A stretch of DNA of 63,311 bases, counting the filler, from Lenisia limosa (Eukaryota; Protista; Breviatea), in assembly GCA_001655205.1 (NCBI GenBank). It is 8 parts of 8 records of this genome, joined end to end, with 100 filler letters (N's around TTAATTAATTAA, not from the genome) between each part and the next. Parts side by side here need not be neighbours in the genome. Positions count along the whole stretch, not along the records: positions 37,697 to 55,948 come from LPNZ01011000.1; positions 56,049 to 57,346 come from LPNZ01007974.1; positions 57,447 to 62,158 come from LPNZ01006217.1; 5 more parts are not named here. One strand, 5' to 3'. Below are positions 51,241 through 61,600 of this stretch, in pieces; position 1 is the stretch's first letter; each line of letters opens with the position of its first letter. Below the pieces are notes generated by a model. The model was not told the origin of the DNA, made no database searches, and was given only the letters and a program-made list of their open reading frames with translations. Both the position numbers and the translations under genes were made by a program.

Positions 51241-52339
51241 AAGTTACTGTTGTATGATAATCGTAGCTGTTCTCTTTTGTTGATAATAATTACTTTTATT
51301 TTATTACGCAAGTCAATTTCTTTTTGTCCTTCGACCGAGCCAGTTTTTGGAATAAAAGAGTTCAAAATGATTCATTCTTTTCTGATCTTCTTTTTTGTTG
51401 GTTGACATCACCTGCTCTCAGTCTTAACTAGCATTCAGTGTGTTTCTTTTGAAGATATTGGCTAGAACTTTTCAAGGATCTTCTGAAGTGTGTTTCTATC
51501 AGTTACTACCACTAAACAAAGTCTCAGCAATTAATAATAATTTCAGGATTTTACTTGCTCTCACTTCCTTCTTAACTGATGGAGACGTATATTTTGGGCA
51601 GTGTCATAAATTTGGTTATTGAATGCAATTGAATTGAAAGGGTTTTTTTTTGTGTCGATTTTGCATGAGAAATTGTGGTTTCTGAGCATTCCTTTCTGTC
51701 AATATGTGCAGCCATTTTCTTCTAAACAACGCAAAATATGAGCATTCTCTAAACAAAAGGGAACAATCATATTTGACATTTTTTCTGTTCCCATGGTAAA
51801 TGTCTCATTTTCCCGTCGAGGCGAGGCGTAGCCGAGTTAGAACGCGGAGGCAAAACAACAGAGAAAATGCCCTATTCCATTCTAGAGGAACCTGAGCCGA
51901 GGGAATATGAGCAATCCAACGGGGATGGGAAATGTCATAATTTAAGGGAAATGTCCAAAATTCGCCATATACATAACTTGTCCACATTAAAATCAAGTGA
52001 AGGAGCCAAGAATATGTTCAATATGGTGTTTAGGTTGCGGCTAAAATATTATATAATTGTTATAGACACTTTTTTGTTTATTATTCCTTTTTTCAAATCT
52101 AAACGCTTGTTAAGGAGGTAGTTCAAAGCTGACAGGGGATCAGGGCATTGGCAATTTTAAAGCGGGCCAAAAGCAGAAATTTTGCGCGTCATTTTTTTAG
52201 TGGTCACAAATACCAGATTGACTTTTGTTGGTTTTTGAACTAGAGATCGGGGAATCGAACCCCGGAGTGGGCAACTTTTATCTTTTTTTCTTTATTGATC
52301 ACCCTTCTTTTTCTTTTCTCTCTGTTTTCTTCATTTATG

Positions 52340-52790
52340 AGTTGTCAATCGTCTAACCCGTATCTAAATAATTTACAGCCTGTATTAAGCTTTTAGCACC
52401 TTAAGGAAGCCCAAAGATGCACTATTCGGAAAATCTTTTTTCCCTTATTTTGTTACAGCCCCTTTTTTCCTTCACAGGTAGAGAAAAAATAGCCTCTGAA
52501 AAAATTCTTAGAATTGCTAAGATCGAGAAAAATCCAAAAAAAGAGCACCATTTGCTACGATTTGTCAATCGCCCAACCCGTATCCAAACAACACTTACAA
52601 CTTGTATAAAGCTTATCGCACCGTAAGCAAGCTGAAAGGTGCACTATTTGAATATTCGCTCTACTCTGATCTTGCCACATCCCACCTTTTTCCCTTCTCA
52701 GCGGTCTTTTAGATAGAATAAAAATGTAAAGCTCTGGAAAAATCGTTAGAGTTGCAAATATCGAGTAGAAACCCAAAAGGCCATTTAACT
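52340..52790. repeat. Degenerate tandem duplication, about 220-bp unit
   Basis: gtcaatcgtctaacccgtatctaaa...aagatgcactatt (from about 52342) recurs as gtcaatcgcccaacccgtatccaaa...aaggtgcactatt (from about 52564); downstream aaaaat..ttaga..tgc..atcgag also aligns. Confidence 0.75.
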
Positions 52791-53638
52791 TTAACCTCGC
52801 TTTAACAATTATCGAAAAGACTGGTATATTTCTCCCATAATTAACTACATGATAAGTGTCACTCACTTTCCATTATAGGAAAGCATACTTAATAATTTCA
52901 AATAATTGAGTTAGCACCGCAGTGTAGTTTGTAGAATTACTGTCCCAGAGCACTAAATAGGTTGACCAAGTGTTGACTTCCTGATTCTGTTGTTGTTATT
53001 ACATAGATGAATTTCCCTCTCAATGATTTTTTTCTGCAAGTTAAGCAATACCTGTACTCACTCTGGGGCTGTCTCCTCAGGTCTCAAGTGGTAGATTTCA
53101 AGGAAATCTCCAAATACCTCACTTAGAATCTACAGCCCCGGGACCAAACTTTCTTCTTTTGATGACGTCACTGCATAGCATAACGACGATAAAATTGCTC
53201 AAAATGTTGTTATTCTGAAAATTATTTTGGCGTAAAGGAAACTGCGTCACCCCGGCCGGGTTCGATTCTGATCAAAAGATCATTTTTTCGNNNNNNNNNN
53301 NNNNNNNNNNNNNNNNNNNNNNNNNNNNNNNNNNNNNNNNNNNNNNNNNNNNNNNNNNNNNNNNNNNNNNNNNNNNNNNNNNNNNNNNNNNNTTTGACCC
53401 TACTCACCCATTCAGCTGAAATAGTGGCCCGAATATCATTCTTGGTGGATTATCGCAAATCCTTGCACTCTTAAATCTTTATTTAGTATTATTGTCCTGT
53501 GTGATTTTTGTTAAATTTTGTCTTGTGACTTACCCAGATGTGAATAAATGTCAAGTGTATTAATCCGAGATAGTTATGAATACGGTTAAGAAATAAGACC
53601 AATAATAATAATAATAAACTACAATTAACCCATTCTTG

Positions 53639-54370
53639 TCATTCTTCTTGTCCAGCGACGGTAGGTACCGAACTCGCCTCAATCTCATCACGCTTCTCGG
53701 CGTCAACGATCAGATTGGTCTTGGTAATGTCGAATACTTCTTGAGCAGTAAGCTCCTCGTTGACCTCGGGGTCATCGCGGATAGCGATCTCAGCAAGTCA
53801 TCTTGAGGAGGGTATTGAAAAAACTGTCAAAGATCGCCAGGAAAGACAATATTGGTGGGAGTCCAGAAATAATTATTTAAAAAATAAATCTCCAACTTTA
53901 TTGACATAAAACACAATACCGGGTCGTCGAGTAACCTCAAACATACGTTGTTGGCACCATCAGATGGCGCGCGAGGCATTGCAGCAATACGCTTAAAGAT
54001 GTTACAGCAGACCTCATTCAATAATCTGAACATTCATTCATTGCATCATCAAATTACAAAATTCATAATTAACCCCCCCACTCTGTTGGCGCAATTCTCG
54101 TCAAAAATACTCTATCAATGTAAAGATTATACTGATATAATTATTATCAAAGTCATGAACATTCTAACCTGGTCTGGGAGTCCTTGAGCTTGCATTGAGG
54201 GTCGTACTCTGGACGAAGGCACCTTTTTTCACCCGTTTCCGCCTGGCACAGGTGTTTTTGCGGTAGATAGCTGCTTCAGTGGTTCTGAGCTTGGCCTTGC
54301 GCTTGTCATATGCATCAAAGATCCGGTTGAGATGGTCGGTGTTGAGCTCGACATTCTCTGATTTAGTTTT
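53639..54370 (-). pseudogene. GC-richer coding fragments without an intact gene structure
   Basis: 53639-53797 reads LAEIAIRDDPEVNEELTAQEVFDITKTNLIVDAEKRDEIEASSVPTVAGQEE* but has an in-frame TGA just upstream; 54164-54370 reads ENVELNTDHLNRIFDAYDKRKAKLRTTEAAIYRK. Confidence 0.35.
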
Positions 54371-54468
54371 CATTCCATCAAAAACAAACAATATTGATTC
54401 AAACCCTCCGTACTGGCAATACAAAAGGGTATCAAATTCAATACAATGTGTCATAAATGCAACAACGA

Positions 54469-54640
54469 TAAAATGCAATACAAGGTGTAACAAATGCAAA
54501 ACAAACCAAAAAAGAACAAAATGCAATATAATTGGTAACAAATGCAATTCAAGTGGTAATAAATTCAATACAGGGAGTAACAAATGCAATACAAGGGGTA
54601 ACAAATTCAATACAAGGAATAAACCATGCAATATAAGGGA
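54469..54640. repeat. 21-bp minisatellite (aaat(g/t)caatacaaggggtaac), about 7 degenerate units
   Basis: aaatgcaatacaaggtgtaac ... aaattcaatacagggagtaac aaatgcaatacaaggggtaac aaattcaatacaagg. Confidence 0.85.
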
Positions 54641-56152
54641 AACATACACCCAAGGGATTTGGAATGTCATATTTTTTCAAAACGACCATATTTTCAACAA
54701 ATGTCATATTTTTTGCTAATATCAAGATCCTTTAAGGAACAAGGGATGACAGGGGGAGTCATAAGGGAGATGAAAAGAAAGGAAACTTTGGTGACACGTC
54801 ATCAGAATATCAATCATATGACGCCCGAATATGGCAACTGTAATATAAATATGAATTTGCTTATAAATATGACGTTTTTCATAATTTTCGGATTGACTGA
54901 TACCCCATATGATATGTATAACAAGTGAATACCTCTAATTGCGGATTTTTGGATGTTTGAAAAAAATGTTCGCGTTTATATAGTACATGTAAGTGTTGGC
55001 GTTCATGTATGGTCACCTATATACATGTATAATATCCATGCTGCAGCACCAAAACCGTGTCATTTATTCAAAAACCGTGTCAATAATTCAGAAAACCAAC
55101 CCCTGCACCTCAATTTTATCGCTAAATCCAAAAATATTCTTACAACCCTCCATAAAACTCTTTTAAGAAAGAAAAAATTTTGAAGTGAAAAGTTCAGTTC
55201 ACAGTTCAGTTCATTCCTTTTTCGCTAGATTTTTTTTCCTTTTCACCCCCTCTATCTAAGTTTGCTATTTTTGTTAATTTATTTTTCATTGTCATCTTGA
55301 AGATAATTGTATTCTCAAGTTAGTTCTGCATTTTTGTGAGGTTAAAAAAGAATTTTAAACCCTCGGAAGAAGCAATCAATTCTGNNNNNNNNNNNNNNNN
55401 NNNNNNNNNNNNNNNNNNNNNNNNNNNNNNNNNNNNNNNNAAATATTTTTAGCTTTTGAAATAGGAAAGGACTAAATACCACCATATCATTATAATTTTT
55501 TTCTTTTTTTTTTTAATCCATTAGTCATGTTTCAGCTCTTCTATTGAAAATGTAACCAATTCAATTCACCTTTTTTAAATATTTTGTTGCTTTATGTTGT
55601 ACAATATGCTAGACCACTGTCATATTTTGAATTTTTTTTGAACTGAACGACTTAGTCACACCATTAACTATCAGCAGGTTCATTTATAAAAATAAAAATG
55701 CAGATAATGCTGTTCAATCGCGATAGTATTATTTTTCTTAGTTTTGTTCACATTTTTGTCTATAAAAAGACTATGAACAGTGAAAAAATATGTCATCATT
55801 TTTGAACATGGACTCTACTAGTGACTATTCTTTCACCATCCCAAGAAGTACATTTGTAAAGTGCTACGAGAGATTTGTACTTCAATTGGAAGAAAGACTG
55901 GAAAGTGGAGACTCATCGAATGGCTTGCATTAATAGATGTACAAACGGNNNNNNNNNNNNNNNNNNNNNNNNNNNNNNNNNNNNNNNNNNNNTTAATTAA
56001 TTAANNNNNNNNNNNNNNNNNNNNNNNNNNNNNNNNNNNNNNNNNNNNTACAAATGGACAAGTTAGGCTTTGCCAGCTCACTGTTTCCTCACTCTACGTT
56101 GGATACAGTTTCCATTCAAAAGGAGTTCCCCCCTCATCTCCATCATAATATA

Positions 56153-56217
56153 CATTGACCGGGGTAAGTCTTGACCGATTTGCGAGAAAAATCGGTCAAG
56201 ACTTATCCCGGTCACTG
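56153..56217. mobile_element. MITE family C (Tc1/mariner-like), 65-bp near-perfect hairpin
   Basis: cattgaccggggtaagtcttgaccgattt / aaatcggtcaagacttatcccggtcactg; related to 58370-58447. Confidence 0.8.
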
Positions 56218-56235
56218 CTCACTGAGAATTATATC

Positions 56236-56301
56236 TAGGGCTTTACATCAGTACGAAAAAAGACTGAATTTCTCGATAAATCCTCGAAAACTGTCGCCTT
56301 A
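56236..56301 (+). mobile_element. MITE family A internally deleted copy
   Basis: tagggctttacatc...gaaaactgtcgcctta; flanks attatatc/attataca (6/8). Confidence 0.85.
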
Positions 56302-57521
56302 ATTATACAAATAAAACAGCATCACCCATCCTTCCTTCCTATTTTGTTCCATTTTAACCCGCCCCCCCTTCCTACCCTGTTTGCAGTACAATCACCCATA
56401 ATGATCCGAACTCCATCAATAAACCTGGACTCTTTCAACTGAAAGTCCAAACTTGCCTAAAAAGGAAGTCAATAAAACCAAACCTGCCAAAAACGAAGCA
56501 AATCTCATAAAATCTCATATCATATCACTTTTTGGATCATTTTCACCCGTGAGAACAATCATTTTCCACGTAGCGATATAATACCTCAAATCCACTCGTA
56601 TGATAATTGAGTGGATTTGGGTTAACATATATAAAACAAAGTCACACCACTCCCCACATCTCGAGACGAAGAGATGGAGAAAACATATGTCTCAGACGTG
56701 GCCTCCACAACGTCATTGATGTTGGACTAAGTAAAGTGAGTGGATGTCATTTCTATTGGCTTAGGTGATAAGATGGTGTTGATATTTGAATGGGTGACAA
56801 GGGTCCATAGGTCTATATGCGAGAAAACCAAAAAAAAACCCAAATCAATGGAAATAAAAGTGGGGAGTGATGGGGGGGGGGGGGNNNNNNNNNNNNNNNN
56901 NNNNNNNNNNNNNNNNNNNNNNNNNNNNNNNNNNNNNNNNNNNNNNNNNNNNNNNNNNNNNNNNNNNNNNNNNNNNNNNNNNNNNNNNNNNNNNNNNNNN
57001 NNNNNTAGCAGGGCTAAATGAAACCTCGAAGCGAAAGGGTTGTCTCATGGATATCGGTTGATATTTTGGGGATTTTTCATGGATTTGGGGCTCGGTTAAG
57101 ATAAAGGCTTGGCAGGAGCAAAACAGGTAAAAGATGGTGCGATTATAAAATAAAACAGAAATGAGTGATTTCTCTTAAAAGATATGGTGCAATAAATGGA
57201 TCAGATCGCAACTTATTATTAAAAATGATAGAATTTTATTCAAAATGAAATTTTGTAAGAAAAACAGAAATTGAGATGACACCGCCACCCTTCCCCACGA
57301 GGTTGCAAGAAGTAGTGAATCTCATAGTCTTTAGACAGGGGTCCAANNNNNNNNNNNNNNNNNNNNNNNNNNNNNNNNNNNNNNNNNNNNTTAATTAATT
57401 AANNNNNNNNNNNNNNNNNNNNNNNNNNNNNNNNNNNNNNNNNNNNCCCAGGAGCTCGTTGACCATGGATGTAGACTAGGCAGGAGAAGAAGGTAGTTCC
57501 CATTCAAATCTTTAAAATGTT

Positions 57522-57668
57522 TAGGGCTCCGTGCAAGTAATTATTTGCTGAAATTAATTGACATAGCTATGTACATAGCTTGAATTAGACTGTCTGAAAT
57601 TGTGTGTATATTAGAAGTCACAGTTCAAATTTTGATATCAATTTTTCAATTAATTGCTCAGAGTCCTT
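57522..57668. mobile_element. MITE family B copy
   Basis: tagggctccgtgcaagtaatt...atttttcaattaattgctcagagtcctt aligns end to end with the reverse complement of 35151-35282. Confidence 0.8.
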
Positions 57669-57882
57669 CTTATAATATTATTAGTTTTATTCAGAGACTG
57701 TTGTAAATATTGACAAATAATATCAGATTTAATAGAAAAATCGCACAAGACTTGTGTTCATCTGATAGCTTACGACATGTAATAAAGCCCTAACATGATA
57801 ATGTTAGGGCTTTACTGTAGTCTGAAGAATATTTGTCAAAGTTAACCCCCTATGTAAGTGACCACTTCCAGCATAACAATAG

Positions 57883-57998
57883 ATACCAGAGAGGAGCCCC
57901 AGTCAGGTCCCTTTGATGATTCTGTTCCGCTGGCAGCGGCTCTTAAACGTACGATTGACTGGGCATTATTGAGACTCGATATTATCATTCAAAGATAG
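57883..57998 (+). CDS. Probable terminal exon of a gene cut by the contig start
   Basis: caatag|..TREEPQSGPFDDSVPLAAALKRTIDWALLRLDIIIQR*; small upstream exon at 57447-57492. Confidence 0.4.
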
Positions 57999-58369
57999 GT
58001 TTCTGTGTTTGGTTACTATGCTGTTACCTACATTAAGCATAATTGTAATATTAAATTTCCAATAATAATATACACTCCTCCTACGCGTACCACCAGTTAT
58101 ATTATAAATTTGATGCTATTTTTTTCGACTCAATTATATGATATTCATAAACAAGTCATATTTTAACGAATCATACAATGCCTTTGTTCTCTTTACCCCA
58201 TCACCAACCCTATCAACTCAGCATGTTTTTTTGTTTTTTTTCATTGAACCCAGCAATTACGCCGCAACAACGCTCGGAATTTGTGAGACGTCGCAGTATT
58301 GATGGGTACGTTGTTTATTCATACTGGCAAGAATAGTTAATTGGTAGAACTGAGTAATACAGTAATATA

Positions 58370-58447
58370 CAGTGATCGGGATAGGTTTTGGCCGATTTCC
58401 AATGGGAAATCTAATGGCAAACCGGTTAAAACTTATCCCGCTCACTG
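58370..58447. mobile_element. MITE family C copy flanked by TA
   Basis: TA|cagtgatcgggataggttttggccgattt...aaaccggttaaaacttatcccgctcactg|TA. Confidence 0.85.
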
Positions 58448-58678
58448 TATGTCTGACTTGTGTTGGTCGATCCCCGAAAACCCAACTCAATATTGTTATG
58501 TGTGTGTGTTGAGAGCTCTTGTCACTATGTGTCTGAAATTTGTCGCAAAAGTAATATGGATTATCTTAGAAAAGTGCCTCATGTTCGTATCTTTTCCTTG
58601 TTCTTAAGTGATCATATGAGAACCAAAAAGGAAGCAGGATTATAATATTTGCTTTATTTCGTTTTTCATTTTTTTTAG

Positions 58679-61600
58679 GTTTGAATACGATTGGAGGAGA
58701 CTACAGAGAAATACAGAAGTTTGGGGGATATCATCGTTAATCTGCTCTTTTTCACTCTTTTCTATTTTTTTTANNNNNNNNNNNNNNNNNNNNNNNNNNN
58801 NNNNNNNNNNNNNNNNNNNNNNNNNNNNNNNNNNNNNNNNNNNNNNNNNNNNNNNNNNNNNNNNNNNNNNNNNNNNNNNNNNNNNNNNNNNNNNNNNNNN
58901 NNAACCGAACCGACTCTCATATTTTGAAAATATTTCTCGAACCGACCGTTCTCGAACCGACCGAACCGAACCGAACTGATGGAACCGATCCAAAAAGCGG
59001 TGTTAAACCATTATTATAATTGCCCCCCCCCCCCCTGGATTTCCTCACCTCCACCCTAGGTGACTCTTGCTGAAACCTCGGAGGATGTCGTTGTTGATGA
59101 GCCGCGATCGCCTTCCTACCCCTCTTCGTTGGAGAAGTTCTCTGAGTCAGATGATGATGATTTGGTGTATTTGGTGGGTTTAGGGCTTCACTTCGGTTCA
59201 ACAAAAGACTGAATTTCTCTATAAATCCTCGAAAACTATCGATATTTTCCCGAACCGAAGTGAAGCCTTAGTAGAGAGAAGATTCCTGGGAGTGGGGATA
59301 GGGATAAGATGATGGAGATGATATGACGCATTTGGTGGGGACGACTTCTCATTATTTACTCCACCCCCACCATGCAGCTTTAGTGATGGGATGCTGTGCT
59401 GAAGAAGCGACTGGGCTTTGTTTGTTTTTGTTGTTATCAACCCTCGTGTTTTGTCAAGAAATTGAGTTGATTTGGTCTTTTTGGTTTCATAAGTATTCCA
59501 ATTTTACTCCAGCACCCATTGAGATACTTGTATCTATACACTCATGTGATTATTTTTTTAAAAAATAATTAATATACTTTTGGTTTGTTTTATTTACCCA
59601 ATTAGGAAAGTACCTCTTCTCTGCCTCAAACAAAACTTCACGTTGTTGTTCCTTCTTTGCGCAGTGGCCTGGTGAGTATTGTTTGGTAGTACCCTATACT
59701 GATGATGTAGAGTGAATCCTCGATAATAATTGTCGCTTTACCCTTCCTTTATAACCGAAAAAAAAACAGTGGATCTCAAAATAAATATTATACTATTATA
59801 TACTATGATATTTAAATAACCCCTCAAAATAGTTTAAAAATATAAATGATATTTATAATTAACCCTTCCAGGATTTATTGACAAAATGAGAGAGAATTAA
59901 CCCTTCCAGGATTTGGCAAAACCGAAACGATCAAGGTCACGAGGTTCAAGAGGCTCTAGTATGCTTCTTGGGTCTAGGGGAAATGTTTCAGACTCTTTCA
60001 TTGTTATTTCCAATTTGGACAATAGTAATACGTATAACCTGTTTGTTGATATTTGATATTTAGAATATGACTTTAATTGAAGGAATAGGGCATTTAAATG
60101 ATTGATGCCGTCATATAACCTCTAGTTCAGTACATGATGGAAAGAATAATTTAATTACAGAGGAATGCAAGAAGGTATTTTGATATTTCCGACAACAGTG
60201 AAGTTTTTTTAGTTTTTTTTTTTCATCAAAGTGTGAGTGATTTCTCATTTTAGGTATCCGATCTCTTTCCAGTGGATCTCTCCCATCAGCACCTGGTGAG
60301 ATTTACCCCAAACTGAATTGTTCATCTATTGCAAATAATATCATACTACAACTAGGGCTTCACTTCGGTTCGAAAAAAGACTGAATTTCTCGATAAATCC
60401 TCGAAAACTATCGATATTTTCCCAGTCTTTTTCGAACCGATGTAAAGCCCTCACTTCAACGTACAGTCACTCTAGTGAGTTTTGACTGATTTGCTATGAT
60501 TATCCAAGGGAAATTGGTCAAATATACATTATATTATAAACCCTGGTGTTTTGTCAAAAACTCATCATTGACACTCCTATAAATTATTTAATTAATTATG
60601 TAATAATATATTTTTTAGTTTTAACAAATTTCCCTAAACTTATTTCCTCCACCCCCCCCCCCCCNNNNNNNNNNNNNGCCTCTATAGTAACTCGCTGTAG
60701 CAAAGCCACGAAAGCCCAAGAAAAATCCCTTGTCCATCATCGCGCGGAGTGCGACGTTTATTGAGAGAAAAGTGGCTTCTGTATGAGGGTTTTTGCCTGT
60801 AATAAAATGGGGGGAATTAGGGCTTCACTTTGTTGCGAAAAAGACTGAATTTCTTTATAAATCCTCCAAAACTATCGATATTTTACCAGTATTTCTCGAA
60901 CCAAAATGAAGCCCTTCACAATATTCATCAAACTTTACTTTCTTTGAAAATATTTTTGTGAATATAGGGGCGTTTTTACTGATCATCAATAGTGCATCCC
61001 TTCGGTCGCAAAAAAGACTGAATTTCTCGATAAATATCGATATTTTACCAGTATTTTTCGGGTCGAAGTGAAGCCCTAATCGAACTCTGTCCCACTTTCC
61101 TATCTTCCTTCATACTTGTAGATAGATCATCGTCAGCCACTAGCCAGAGCTTCCCTCCCCCCAGCTGCTGTAAGGGGGGGGGGGGCACACCTGAATGCCT
61201 CATCACCCTAAATATAATGAAGACTTTATTCATTACTCTAAGAACAACTGAACTACACTTACCCGGGCCTAAGCTGCTTCATTTCCGCTAAAGGTTCAAA
61301 AAAATTTCACAAACAGTTCAGCAACTTTTTTTTAATATATCCACAATACCATGAAAACCCCTTTTTCGGTTATAATAACATTTCCAACCCTCCCACAGCC
61401 TAGTGTCTTGCCAACTAACTTCGGTTCCGGTTGTAATCATAAAGAGGTTTTTTGGACATCAATCACAAAATTTGTGTTTAATCCTGTTTAATTTTGCATT
61501 TTTGCACCTCTTGGCTGTATCTTTATAGCTGATTTACTCTAAATATTTCCTCCTTATAACTTCTTTTAGGCTGCCTTCCCGAAGCAGTCCGTAATCAAGT

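Noticed and set aside
53827-54033. Possible rRNA or snRNA fragment
   Set aside because: No match by eye to conserved 5.8S, SSU, LSU or U1/U2/U4/U5/U6 motifs
54279-54719. 146-aa plus ORF with KCNTRGN repeats
   Set aside because: Open frame is largely a by-product of the 21-bp minisatellite plus antisense of a coding fragment
54469-60452. CRISPR-like repeat arrays (minisatellite, clustered MITEs)
   Set aside because: No regular repeat-spacer periodicity, no cas genes, eukaryotic context
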